This document shows, in pieces, positions 13,214-44,118 of a DNA stretch of 64,000 nucleotides. The translations under genes and the position numbers were made by a program. Source of the stretch: Octopus vulgaris (lineage: Eukaryota). Location: contig OX597825.1 in assembly GCA_951406725.2 (NCBI GenBank), positions 75,578,001 through 75,642,000 on the forward strand, written 5' to 3'. The notes beneath the pieces were generated by a model. That model searched no databases and had not been told where the DNA came from. It saw only the letters and a list, made by a program, of their open reading frames with translations. Every line of letters starts with the position of its first letter. The stretch's first letter is position 1.

Positions 13214-13490
13214 CAACCCATGCCAGCATGAGAAACATGTTAAATGGTGATGATGAGGATGAAGATGATACATATGTGTGTGTGTGTTTGTGTGTGCATT
13301 CCCCAACAACAGTTGATGTTGGCGTGTTTACATCTCCATGGCTTAGTGGTTTGGCAAAAGAGACCTATCAAATAAGTACCAGGCTTATAAAAAATAAATA
13401 AAGTATTAGAGATAATTTATTCAACTAAACTTTTACAAGGTGGTACCCCAGTATGGCCACAGTCTAGTGTCTGAAACAGTAAAAGATTAA
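13025..13490 (+). mobile_element. SINE (family S2) with internal TA/TG microsatellite and LINE-like 3' tail; small RTE-type tail inserted at 13211-13270
   Basis: Head gttcaatctcac..ttggacaagtgtcttctactata (antisense copies at 13640-13720 and 61145-61230); 3' end ggtggtaccccagtatggccacagtctagtgtctgaaac matches LINE A/B 3' UTRs. Confidence 0.7.
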
Positions 13491-13539
13491 AAAAATAGTG
13501 AGACATATACTTACATCAGATTTGAAATGAAGAACACCA

Positions 13540-13720
13540 CTTGTATGACAGTGGTGGTCATTTACAGTTATTGCTCAGACAAGGAAACACAAGCACCCTT
13601 TCCACACACACACATGTATACACATATATATATGTCAATTTTCTTTCACTTTCTGTCTACCAATTCTACTCTCAAGTCTTTGCTTGGTCAGAGGCTATCA
13701 TAGAAGGCATTTGCCCAAGG
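13540..13720 (-). mobile_element. SINE S2-related fragment
   Basis: ctttctgtctaccaattctactctcaagtc..tagaaggcatttgcccaagg is the reverse complement of the S2 head. Confidence 0.6.
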
Positions 13721-14199
13721 ACCCACCCAAAAAAACCTTCCTCAAATCTGAACCTGGAATATTTAAGTTTAAAAGTCAAAACCACTGATGAATAATAGTA
13801 TTTTTGGTAATAATAACCAGAGCTATTTTGATTAGAATCCTGAACTCTATTATAATACCCCTCTAACATTTTTTCCAGTTAATTATCTTTGACATTAGTT
13901 TATGAGAGGCAGAGAGAGCGAAAAAACAAAGAAGTAACTTTATTTTAGCACCTAAAGGCATCATGGAATATTCTAAAATGTTTTGGTGGACTTACAAAAA
14001 TCCTAGAATTCAGCTCTCTGTAGAGACCCTTCTTGTTGCTACTGAAAGCCTTTTGTCTTTGGATCCTCAATGAAAACTATTTTATTGAAGATAATTTTCC
14101 TTCCTCAACTTCCTCTCCAAGAAATTATTCTTATTGTAACTGACAACTATGTTTTAATTTATATGAGATATTCTTGCTTCCATCTTTTGACATATTCAT

Positions 14200-14712
14200 T
14201 AGATGTCTTGCAAACAACTTGTACATGCAAGTGCTACCAGTCAAAAACTCCACATACCGGAAGCCAGCAAGTGTATGGTGTCATCAGGAGAGGATGCATG
14301 CCATTTCGGGGCCTGCATCTCAATGGCATCACTGCGCACCGGCCCCACTCACTGATATGAGGCCCCGCTTGCTAGATCAGCTGGTTATCAAATAAAGCTC
14401 AATATTCTTCTAGCCATCGCTCATCATCTCTTTTTAACCAAATCCAGTGGCTAGCCTTCTCCACTGTAGTTTGGATATCGGTCATGGTGGTATTGACTTT
14501 ACGATGAGTTAGGCCTAACGATAACAACAGTCATCTCACACTGTGCCCAACGAACCCTCTACATCCGACTTCAATTGGAAAATGTTCTGCTTTCCAGCAT
14601 GCATCTTCACATTCCTTGAGGAGGTTTACATAACGGTCAGTCTTTTGAGCCTGAGTAGCGACCATATTATCTTCATGAGGAACCGTTAACTCGACTAGAT
14701 TTACAACTTACC
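14200..14712 (-). mobile_element. RLE-type non-LTR retrotransposon 3' fragment (HERO-like)
   Basis: My translation: VVNLVELTVPHEDN..KTDRYVNLLKECEDACWKAEHFPIEVGCRGFVG..*..VEKASHWIWLKRDD, the restriction-like endonuclease C-terminus. Confidence 0.8.
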
Positions 14713-14989
14713 TTCTTTCACACTCAGTAGCAGAAAGGATTGACAAAAGCATAAATGACAAACTCTTCTCGCTCCCTTTTATTTATAGTCGTTGTTTGGA
14801 TGAAGTAGAGAACACTTAGCTATAAAGATCATGTTTTAATCATTTGCTCTGTTTTGTTACTTTTTAGGTGCAATTTGTCCCTTAGACAATAATGCCAAAT
14901 TAATCGATCAGCCAATCAAATGCTCTCAAATAGATCACATGTTCTCTTGGTGGAAAATCCTTACACATCACTGTGGAGCCTAGCAACTT

Positions 14990-17345
14990 GAAATGAAATA
15001 ATAATGAAATTATTGTATACAGTACTTGGGTGCACGACAACTTGTCAAAAGTGCATATAAAACATATGCAGTTATGTACAAATGTCTGGGAAATGAACAG
15101 TGTATGAGTCAGATACATGCTTGCGTGTGTATAGAGGGGAGAAAATCAGGTGTAGTGCTGCCGAATCTCAGGAAGCATGGAAGTTTTGATGGATGCAGTG
15201 CTCCGACCACTAACAACTGATGCTGGCAGTTTGCTCCTTGCTTCAGCAACTCTTAGCGTGAAAAAGTGGGAGCTGTGCTGTTTTCTGACTTTGTAAACAT
15301 GTCCATGGGTGTTAGACAGGTGGAGTTTGAAAAGGTGCTCAGAGTTATTGTTAGTAAGAGGGTTAATAATTTTATGGGTGTCTGCCAAGTCAACTGCCAG
15401 ACGTCGGAGATTCAACATATCCATGCCCAGGGAAATAAGGCATTCAGAATATGGCAAATGCCTGATGGAGGTTATTCTCTTGGTTGCACGTTGCTGAATG
15501 GTTTCCAGGCGATTAATATCCTGGGCAAGATAGGGGTTCCAGACCAGTGATGAAAATTCCAGGTGAGGCCACACCATAGCTATATAAAGCCTCAGATTCT
15601 TGGCAATTTTAACAATGTGTTTTGTCCAACGCAAATCACTGTCGACAATAATGCCCAGGTCATGTTCACAAGAAGACTTTTTGAGATTAGTGTTGTGGAG
15701 GGAGTAGGTAGATGCTGGGTGGTTTTTCTTCCCAAAATGCATGGTGGTACATTTGTCCACAGCCAGCTTGAGTTGCCAGTCCATGACCCACTGTTGCATT
15801 GTGTCCAATTCTGATTGCAATAAAAATCTATAGTGTACAGGATCTGTCCTCTTTATTTCAAGGTACAGCTTGATATCATCTGCATATTTCAGTAGTGTAG
15901 CATTCTTTAAGTTGGCATCTATGTCATTAATATATGCAACAAATAAAAGGGAGCCAAGAACAGATCCCTGTAGTACACCAGATGTCATCTCATAGGGTGA
16001 AGAGTGCTGTCCTAGAACTGTGACGACGTCTTTTCGGCCAATAATGAAGGATTTCAACCAGTTATAGAGATCATCTCTTACACCTATTGCAGAGAGTTTC
16101 ACCATAAGTCTTTTGTGTGGCACAGAATTAAAAGCCTTAGCAAAGTCCAGGTAAACAACATCCACCCAGGATCCACGATCAGTGTTATGGGTATTGTCCT
16201 CAAGAAACGTGATGAGTTGATTACAGCAGCTGGAGTTATGAATAAATCCAAATTGTGATGGCTGGATGAGGCTGTGATACTTCCAGAAGTTCCAGAGGGT
16301 TTCTGTGACACACAATTCCATTAGTTTGGCGATGCAGCTAGTAAGACTGACAGGGCAATAGTTGACAGGCAATGTGCAGTCACCTCTTTTGAACAGAGGG
16401 ATAACACTGGCAGTTTTCCACTGCTCTGGAGTAACACCATTGCCAAGACAGAATTGAAAGTTGGTTTAGAATAAAGTACCCACTGTGTTTGAGAAGTATG
16501 TATGTAACACCATCAAGACCAAGAGAGGCATAGTTACATTTATTCTTAAGGTGATGTTGTAGCATTACTGGTGTAAATTTCATAGTGGTTACAGAGTCCA
16601 GTGTCAGATGTGATGGAGATGGAACATTTTGATCTTCGACAGTAAAGATGCCTGCATAGCATCCAGCAATGATTTCTGCACATTCTTTGGGATTGTCAGT
16701 AATCTGGCCTGTGTGGGGATTGTGAAGGGGGCTAGCTGGAGAGCGATGTCTCTGTTTTGAATGTACATACTTCCAGAACACTTTGCTGTCAGGCTTGGTT
16801 GCTATGCACTGTTCAAATTCAAGCACTACCTTTTTTTGTCACCTGCTTGAGATGGTTAGATGATCTATTGTGATTTTTCTTGTTGATCTCTGATTTATGC
16901 ATTTTGTATTCCTGTTCTGCAATGCAGCATTCTTTCCTGGCACGTCGGACTGCTGCAGTCTCCCAAATTGCATTATTGGGTAGTTTGTTGTGCTTGCGTG
17001 GTACTGATGCTGTTCATGCCATCTATACTGAATTCAGAATGTTCTGAAGTATAGTGTTCACATCTCCAGAGGAATAAAATTCAAGCCAGTTTGGGCGTCG
17101 CAGCTCAGTACAATAAGAGATCCAATCTGCTTTATTCCAGTCGAAGTGAGCAGTTTGAGGATGGTTGTGGTTTTTGTTACAACCAATCAGAGACAAGTTG
17201 GCCATGATCATGGAATGATCAGAGTCACCTAAAGGTTCTTCAGTAGTGATACTTATAAATGTTTCAGGAGAAGCGGTAAATAGCAGATCCAAAGTGCTGA
17301 TACATCTTGTGGGGGAGGTAACGACTTGGGACCAATTTGAATTCA
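14990..17345 (-). mobile_element. Old CR1-clade LINE (APE end, linker, RT), frameshifted
   Basis: LDLLFT..LGDSDH (APE); [32 protein letters not shown] (RT) in ORFs 17023-17292, 16380-16826 and 15146-16372. Confidence 0.9.
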
Positions 17346-18459
17346 GCTCCAGTTCAAGTTAAATAGATGAATTTCTCTCCGTTTAGGGAGTTTAGCTTGC
17401 GTTTGCACCAGGAAACTATTTGCTCACTTTCTCCACATTACAACACAATGAAATTCATCACCGCTGATATCACTGCTACCAGCTCTTACTGTATCTAATA
17501 CTGACATCGACAACATCATAATTCATCCTCGCATATGTAAACTCACAAAGTGAATATAACTTCTAGTGTTCCCACAGAAACCTTCATTTACCTTATATGA
17601 TGTTTAATGTTGTTTTACATTCATGTTGAATTATGCATCAATCTTATGTTCTCTTCAGAGAACACTTGTAATGTATGTATTACCAGTTCTTTTGGTGTAG
17701 TAGATTTTTGCTATTCTTGTTTATGTCTCCTCACTTACATGTATATTCTAACAAGTCGCTCCTTAAATTTCGCATCTCCCTTGTTCGATAAACACTGAGT
17801 TAAACTTGCAAAGCTGTTTATTTTCTCCTTTCAAATTTTAATGTTTAGTTTAGCAGATTATCAAGCTCTCAGTTTGGTCTCCCTGCTAAAATTCATTATT
17901 CATTATTCATTATTTCATATATAACATACAAACAACAAATTGTATATTACATATATTATAAATGTTTAATGTTATTAAACATTGTTGATGATAATTCTTT
18001 CTTTCATCAATTATTTGACTCACTAAAGATAACACAACCATAAATGTTACAACTATCATTTCTTTATTTCTTTATTCTTTTGATACCAACCTGCCTGAAA
18101 CTATTTAAGTTCTATGATACAAATTCCTTATCTTAAAGTGATCTGAATGAAATACTTCTGTCAAAATTTCATATTAATTTATATTCCAAACAAATGCTTA
18201 AAAGAAACAAAGTTACTTAATAAATTCTTCCTTATTCTCAAAATTAATTGAAACCAAGACATTGTATTTCAACAGAAACATGGTAAGAAAAAGGTTGATG
18301 TTAAGAAAATCAGTCATCTTTTGTTGAGAAATAACTCAAATCTCAAAATATCAAGTAATTCACCATTTTTCACAGCACATTTCTTTTTTTTTTTCAATGT
18401 ATTACAACTACTACACCATCTTTTTTATTGCTTTGTTTATTTTATTCTTTCTTTTCTAG

Positions 18460-18689
18460 ATACTGTGTGGAAAATAGAACTAACTTCTTGCCAAGAACTA
18501 ATTAGAGATATAAAAGTACAAATGTTTGTTAGAGTGACTGGCAGAGAAACAAATATTTCACGAAGTCTGATGTTCAAAAAGTTAGCTTATCTCCCAACAT
18601 TTTCTGCTTTTACCAATATTGGAAATATAAACATTGGTGAGATTGAAATATCCTTTGGAAACGAAAACAAATCTATTGACATATCCAAA
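18460..18689 (+). CDS. Candidate host-gene exon (phase 1 to 0), DTVWKIELTSCQE...VRVTG...IGEIEISFGNENKSIDISK; divergent PLAT/LH2-like
   Basis: Acceptor cttttctag after long pyrimidine tract, donor gtgaga, 76 open codons; residue pattern resembles PLAT beta-sandwich (inference). Confidence 0.6.
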
Positions 18690-19228
18690 GTGAGAACTTT
18701 TACCTTCTTGAATTCCATTAATATTTTAAAAAATTTTAATTGTTTATTTATTTATTTATTTATTGTAATTGTTGCTATTATTAATGACTCCCTAGGTTTT
18801 CTCAGCCTTGACTGAGAAAACCTGGGGATCAAAGACTTTCCAGAATGGACATCAAGTTGTTTTCTCAGAAGCATATACCTAAGGTCTTAATTCAGTTTTT
18901 TCTTTTTTCCTAAGACAATATGGTGAGTCTTAAAGGAGATTTGGTACCTATTTCTAGTAAGTCTAATAATCAGATGCAGGCTTACCTTATTCCCTGGAGT
19001 TATTTTGCATGTATCGGTGTGTATTTGTTTTTGTGTGTGTGTGCATATATATATAGGAAGGTGTACTATCATCACCATCATCAGCAGTGTCTTTACCACC
19101 ACCACCATCATCATCATCATCATTTCCTCTTTGGATTCTGAGATATTTTGGATGGGTTTATCATAGTATAAGACAACTATTATTCACAGTTAGTGTTCTC
19201 GTTACATATGTGTGTGTGTATGTATATG

Positions 19229-19265
<37 letters not shown>

Positions 19266-19309
19266 GTGTGTGTGTATGTATATATGTATATGTATTTATA
19301 TATATACAT

Positions 19310-19358
<49 letters not shown>

Positions 19359-19407
19359 TATATATACATATATATGTACGTATATATATATATATATATA
19401 TATATAG

Positions 19408-20812
19408 ATAAGAAAGTTGGTTTGTGAAAGCACGTGGGTGAATATATAGAAAATAGTAAAGAGTGAAAAAACTACAGAAGGCATAAATGTTAAAAAATAT
19501 TTGCGTCAATATGTCTGAAGAATATTAGAAAATTTTTTTTTTTTTTTTTTTCTCTTATAATGACATAATTTAAAAGAAGGACCAGTTTTGCATGTAGCTT
19601 TTCAAATTTCTTGCGACGTTATGTTTATGTTGAATAGAGTTTTCGTTATGTTTATGTTCAGGAGAGTTCTAAATAAGGGAAGGTAGTGAGTGATTTCTTC
19701 CGGTGTAAGGGAGATAATTGCTTAAAAATTTTTTCCTTTCCCTTGTGAATTTCTCTGTATCAGTATGTTCGGATTGTTGAGTCTGGGCTTGTACTTTTCA
19801 ATGAAGAATGTTTCTTTGTTTAGTCTAATTTGTGTTGATGATCCGAAAGCACATTGGTAAAATGGAAAGATTAAAAATTGTGGTAGTAGTTGTTTTGCAC
19901 ATTTCTCAATGTGCTCACTAAAAGGTATCATTCTATATTCTGGGAATGCAATCTGTTGTCGATGCAGTGTGCATCTACGTCTGAGTGATAGTCCCGTGGA
20001 ACCCACGTAGTCTTGGTGGCAGCCCGAGCATTTTATGACATAAATTATGTTTTCAGAGGCACAAGTAAAGTTAGATTTGATCTTGAATTTCTGTCCCTCT
20101 TTAAAGAGGAATTCTGGTCCTTCTAGCAGGTTAGGACATGTTGCACAGTTCGATCTACCACATTTTTTTACTTTTGCATCCGTAATTTCAGAAGACAATA
20201 TTGCCTTTGTGAGAATCTTTTTGAGTGATTTAGGCTGTTTGTAGCTTTTAATGATTTGGTGTATGTTTAGAATTTCCTTTAATTTGGGGTCTTTATGAAG
20301 TATTGGTAAATTCTGGGTGATGATGGTGAAGGCTTCTTTGTTTCTGGGGTTGTATGTAGATATGTAAGGTAGTATTTTCGGGGAAGGTGTGTTGTTGTGT
20401 TGAACTTTTCTTAAAGTTTCTATGTTGATTGCTGTTGCACGTCTGATCCCATCCTCTATGAGTTGAGCTGGGTAATGTCTGTCAATTAAGGTGTTTTTGA
20501 GTTCTTGCAGTCTAAAGTTCCTGGTATTCTGTTCTGACACTATTGTGCATATCCTTCTTGCAAGGTTGAAGAGGATGTTTGTTTTAGTGTGTCTTGGGTG
20601 GCATGAATTAAAAAGAAGGTATTGTTTGGCGTCTGTGGCTTTGTAAAAGATGTCTGTTTCTATTTTAAGGCTAATTTTTTTAATTAGTATATCCAAGAAT
20701 GGGAGCTCCTTTTGGTTGTATTCCATTGTGAACTGTATATTGGGTTAATGCTGTTCAATAGGTTTTTAAATTTTAGGAGTTTATCTGTGTTTTCATTCCA
20801 GAGAATAAAACA
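19408..20812 (-). mobile_element. Penelope-like element (Neptune-type), 5'-truncated just after the RT DD motif
   Basis: ORF 19722-20726: LPFLDI, SCHP, CGRSNCATC linker, FTCASENIIYVIKCSGC..YVGST GIY-YIG; TA tracts on both sides. Confidence 0.9.
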
Positions 20813-36690
<15,878 letters not shown>

Positions 36691-37164
36691 TACTTTGATA
36701 CTTTGATACTTTGATAGGTTTCGGCCATTATTGGCCCAGGCCATGTCTAACTTAATAGCACCACCTGGTGAAGTCTTTCAAGTCAGAATTTGGGCACTAT
36801 GGCCCACTCAAGTAGAGAGTTATTGTTTACAGAGACATATCCGGGTGTAGGGGGTTTATCCGGGATTTCTTGAAAGAATATGTCCAAAGACTTCTTGAAC
36901 CCTATAGGGTCAGTTTCTGTTTTAATGTGTTTTGGTGTAATGTTAAAGAGAGCGGGGCCAATTGAGGTGAAATAATTGTGCCGTATTGTTGTTATGAGAT
37001 GAGAGTGCGATTTTTGTTTTGGGCGGATGGCACGGGGCCCAAGCCTTGGATGTACCTTAAAGGTGATGCCAACATCATTTGGGCAATGCTGATGGAATAT
37101 TTTCCACATCATGCACATGATGTAGCGCTCACGACGACGTTGGAGAGAATAGAGTTTTAGCTTT
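36691..37164 (-). mobile_element. LINE family C copy C2 (3' 470 bp)
   Basis: Near-identical reverse complement of 25700-26168, tail (TATCAAAG)3. Confidence 0.95.
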
Positions 37165-38101
<937 letters not shown>

Positions 38102-40353
38102 TGGCCTGAATGTCTCTCCTCGCCAGACATCGACGTGAAACTTCAACAATTCATGTCTGTAATGCAAGCCATATGCTACAAATGTGTCCCAGAGAGAAAG
38201 GCCACTGTACACAAGAACAAAATCCCCAGAGAGAGGAAAATTTTAATGAGACGGCGTACGAAATTTTCAAATCGCCTAAACAAACAGATTGAAAGCAGTG
38301 AAAAGTCCCGCCTAAAAATAAAACTGTTGGAAATCGAAAAATGTCTGCAACTCTCCCATGAAAAAGAAAGAGCAGACAAAGAAGCCTGGGCTATAGAAAA
38401 CATAAAATCTAACCCCAGAGCTTTCTACAGGTATGCCAAAGAAACAGCTACAGTGCACTGTAGAATAGGGCCACTCCTCGAAAAGGATGGCACACTTACA
38501 GGAAAACCAATGAGGGTAAGTGAAATACTGAATGAGCAATTCAAGAGTGTTTTCACTCCACCCCTTGGGCATCTCCAAATCACCAATCCAACTGACTTTT
38601 TTACCACTGCAGATATAAAATCAGAGGCGGCGACGATAGATTACATCGATATAAATGAAGACAATGTAACCAAGGCTATAGATGAAATGAAAACAGACTC
38701 AGCTACTGGCCCCGATGGATTCCCGGCAATCCTCCTAAAAGCATGTAAGAGAGTCCTAGCAAGACCACTGCAGTTCCTCTTTCAGAGCTTCCTTGCAGCT
38801 GGCAAACTTCCAGGAAAACTGAAGGAAGGTAAAATATGCCCCATTCATAAAGGAGGTAGCAGAGCGGAAGCCAAGAACTATAGACCTATCTCTCTGACCT
38901 CACACATCAGCAAGGTCATGGAACGAATAGTCAGAAGGAAGCTGATCACCTTCCTTGAAGAGAATGACTTGCTGCCCGACACCAAACATGGTTTCCGACC
39001 AGGGAGAAGCTGTTTAACTCAGCTCCTACAACACTATGACTGGGTGCTGAAACGCCTGCTCAACCACTCAAATGTGGAAGTGATATATCTCGACTTTGCA
39101 AAGGCCTTTGATAAAGTCGATCATGGAATGATATGTCACAAACTGCGTGATCTCAACATAGTTGGAAAACTGGGAGAATGGCTTCATGACTTTCTGAAGG
39201 ATAGAAGTCAGGTGGTAGTAGCCAATGGGGCCACCTCCATTAACACACAAATAGTGAGCGGTGTTCCGCAGGGCACTGTTCTGGGACCACTACTGTTCAT
39301 AATGGCCCTCTCAGACATGCCCTCAGCCACGCAGAGAGCCACGATCACAAGTTATGCAGATGATACAAAAGTTTCACAGGCAATACAGAACCCTGAGGAC
39401 ACTAAACACCTGCAATGTGAGCTGGACGAAATATACAAGTGGGCTGAAAAGAATAGCATGCAGTTCAATGCTGGAAAGTTTCAAGCTTTATACTATCAGC
39501 ATGCAAAACTGAATGCAATACCCAATGAATACACTGGACCCGGAGGGATTGCAATCCCAGAGGCACAATCAGTGCGTGACCTGGGTATTCACATGAGTGA
39601 TGACGCGACCTTTCATGTACATGTTGCTAAACTGACAATGAAATGTAGACGGCTGGCTGGCTGGATTCTTAGAACCTTTAGAACAAGAGAACAAGAAACC
39701 ATGATGGTCCTCTGGAAGACACTTGTCCTAAGCCACTTTGACTATTGCTCTCAGCTATGGTCACCATCCAGTGTCAAGTTGATCACAGAACTTGAGGCGA
39801 TCCAACGAAGCTACACAAAGAAGATAGCCTCTATGCAGAATGTAAGCTACTGGGAAAGACTCAAGAGATTAAAATTATATTCCCTGGAGCGTAGGCGGGA
39901 AAGATATGCCATAATATACATCTGGAAGATCCTGGAGGGAAGTGTCCTGAACTTTGGCATCGAGAGTTACGCAAATGCCAGAACTGGGCGCCACTGCGTG
40001 GTGCCTAGGACTCCAAACCTGCCATCAAGATGTAGGACAAGATACTGTGATAGCCTGGGCTTCCGAGGCCCACAGCTCTTCAATATCCTCCCGAAGAACC
40101 TGAGAGACCTGCATGGGGTGGATACAGATGTCTTTAAAATGAAGCTGGATCTCTTCCTGTCAGGTGTCCCAGATGAACCAACTTCACGGCAGGAGGGGCA
40201 GATGAGGGCAGCTGCATCGAACTCTCTCATGCACCAAATAGCAGTTGCTAGAAAGCCTCCATGAAGTGAGACCAAGTAGCAACACCAAATGGCGGTGCCC
40301 CAGCATGGCCACAGCTCATAAGCTGAAACTAGAATCAATCAATCAATCAATCA
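38102..40353 (+). mobile_element. LINE family B copy B2 (5'-truncated, uninterrupted RT frame to 40264)
   Basis: [31 protein letters not shown]; (ATCA)n tail. Confidence 0.96.
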
Positions 40354-41193
<840 letters not shown>

Positions 41194-41273
41194 AAGTTGA
41201 GTTGTGGGGTATCGCACGAGTGGGATTATATAAGAAAAAAGGTTTGAAAATGCAATTTAAACGATGTTTATTT

Positions 41274-41314
41274 ACTTAACCGGTTTCACTCTTTGGTAAA
41301 AGATTGTCAAAAGT
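41274..41314 (-). ncRNA. Minimal hammerhead (U3-A8 variant), inverted copy
   Basis: Reverse complement of 46024-46064. Confidence 0.6.
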
Positions 41315-41330
41315 TACATTTAAGGAAACA

Positions 41331-41555
41331 TTGAATAATATGGGTTCAAAAAAGTTTTTTACATAATTGTCACATTGAATATTATGCATTCAAAAAAGTT
41401 TTTTACATAATTGTCACATTGGATATTATGGGTTCAAAAAAGTTTTTTACATAATTGTCACATTGGATATTATGAATTCAAAAATGTTTTTTACATAATT
41501 GTCACATTGGATATTATGAATTCAAAAATGTTTTTTTATACATAATTGTCACATT
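41331..41555. repeat. ~44-bp minisatellite, about 5 units (mirrored at ~45780-46008)
   Basis: Unit ttcaaaaaagttttttacataattgtcacattggatattatg. Confidence 0.9.
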
Positions 41556-41969
41556 ATTTGGGAAAATTTGGCAGAAAAGGATAAAACAAATATATTATTG
41601 GGAATTGGTTGCGTTAATTATTGGTTGTCGCAAATTGTCACATTACATGTATATATATACAATCTTTGGTATATATATACAGCGTTTTGACAGCAAAAAT
41701 TAAAATGGCTTTTTTGTACATCTCAGAATATTTTAAGTATGTTTTTACTGACCTGTCAGTATTAGCAGAAAGGCTGAACTGAGAGAACAGAAGAAGTAGC
41801 CAATGTGGTGTATACTTCCCCTTTATGCATGAATGATTTTGGGGTTATCAGGAGGTTAGTATGCGGGTGTGAATAGATGTGTCCGTGCCTGCTGGTCAGA
41901 CAGCATCTGTTTGTCACACACATATATATACACACAAACACACACACACACAACAACACACACACACAA

Positions 41970-43967
41970 ATTTTGCGATTACATCTCCAACTTCCCTTAT
42001 GGTGAACTCCCACAACCTAAACTCAAACCCAACACCAGTAAAAGAGAATGGGAAATCATCCATACGCTACGAGACAATCATGACGTCACAATAAAGGAAG
42101 CTGATAAGGGTAGTAAGGTCGTTGTTATGAATACTGAGCAATATAAAAACTCTGTATCTCTCCTTTTAGAGGATACCACATACTACGAAAGAGTAGTCGA
42201 CTACCAGCAATCCAAAACAATGACCAATCTGAAGGCACTCATTTACCAACACCGGAATGACTTGACAGCAAAGGAATGCGACTACATTACTAAATTTAAT
42301 TGCAAAACCAGCACACTCTATGGGCTTCCAAAATACACAAGAGTCAAATTATCACAGAAGCTTGCAAAAAGTCCACTTCAACCTGCATCACTATACCACA
42401 TCCCACTGATCTCAAACTGAGACCAATAGTGGCAGGCCCAAGTTGTGAAACACACAGACTTAGCAACTTTATAGATATCATCTTAAAACCAATACTGAAA
42501 CACATTCCAAGTATTGTAAGAGATGACCTGGACCTATTAAACCATCTCCCCAAACATGCCGATAAAGACACCTTAATCGTTTCTTTTGATGTTATTAATC
42601 TTTACACCACAATCCCACATGAATTTGGACTGGAAGCCATTAAATTCTGGCTGGATAAATATCCCAATGAGATCCCGGAAAGAATTAAAAAAGAATTCAT
42701 AATTGAGGGCCTCAAATTTATTCTGCAAAACAACTTCATGTATTTCCACAACAACACTTACAGACAGGTCTCAGGGACTGCAATGGGTACGAAAGTTGCA
42801 CCTACCTATGCAAACCTGGTGATGGCCTACCTGGAATCACATATCTATGAAAAATCCAAATATAAGTACGGCCAGTCTTTCCACAAATACCTGTTGGAGA
42901 ACTGGAAACGCTACTTAGATGATTGCCTCATCCTATGGTCCCACACACTCGACCAACTTATAGACTTCAAAAACCTTATCAACAGTGTAAATAACAACAT
43001 TCAATTCACAATGGAATATAGTCAGGACCAACTCCCTTTTCTTGACATCCTAATCATTAAAAAAGGCGTCAACATTGAAACTGACATCCATTACAAACCC
43101 ACTGACTCTAAACAATACCTTCTATTCACCTCCAATCACCCAAAACACACAAAGACAAATATCCCCTTCAACCTAGCGAGAAGAATCTGCACTATTGTCT
43201 CAAATGACACAACACGAAATAGAAGACTCCGGGAACTAAGGGCAATTCTTCTCGAAAGACATTACCCGGCATCACTAGTAGACAACGGAATAGAACGGGC
43301 CAAATCAATCAACATTCAAGACCTTCGAAAACCCAAACACATCCACAGTACAGTCAATAGCCTCCCTTATCTCTCAACACACAACCCAAGGAATGCAGAA
43401 GCTTACACTATTATATACAACAACATTCCACAACTAAATCAAGACCCACGCCTGAAAAAAATACAGGCAGCTCATAAAATAATAAAAAGTAAGAGACAAC
43501 CTAAATCCCTAAAAAACCTCCTCACCAACGCAAAATTACACAACACAAACCCACCGCCCACCATCAAAAAATGTGGTCGCCCCAACTGTAAGACCTGCAT
43601 CCACCTCATTGAGGGATCGTCGTACAAGTTCCACTCGGGACACACATTCATCATAAAAAATAACTTCACGTGCGCATCAAAAAATTTACTCTACGTCATA
43701 AGGTGTGAAGGATGCCACGAAGACTACATAGGGCAAACGAGCCTTACCCTCAGAGACAGAATGACAGTTCACCGACAACAACTGAGGGACCCCTCCACAA
43801 GACAGATACCACTAAGTGGACACTTAGACCTTTGTGCACACAATAAGTCCCCCAAATTCTTAGTCTTCCCACTATACCAATGCTCGGACAACACCACAGA
43901 CCAAACACGAATAAATAAGGAAAGTAATCTTATTCAAAAATACAGACCACAACTAAACATACTCTAA
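41970..43967 (+). CDS. Penelope RT-GIY-YIG polyprotein, 5'-truncated, one frameshift at ~42331
   Basis: IKEADKG, LYGLPK/IHK, LRPIVAGP, SFDVINLYT, GTAMGT, RYLDD, CGRPNCKTC, LLYVIRCEGC..YIGQT. Confidence 0.92.
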
Positions 43968-44118
43968 CATACCCCCTGGAAGCACATCCAGAGCAAGCAC
44001 ACAGGGACGCGCGCACGCTCACAGCATATCGTGCGGGCGGGCACATGCGCGCATCGGCACGCATAGGACACACTAGCGGGCATTGACCGCACACATACGT
44101 GGCATGCACACGCATGCA

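Noticed and set aside
14868-14960. Possible additional exon after gttactttttag
   Set aside because: No convincing donor found, and the three accepted exons already join in frame.
19511-19566. CTGAAGA..GAAA hammerhead-like motif on + strand
   Set aside because: No stem II or III, poly-T follows, and it is antisense to the adjacent Penelope ORF.
41331-41555. 44-bp repeats as a CRISPR array
   Set aside because: Head-to-tail units with no unique spacers, no cas genes, and eukaryotic context.
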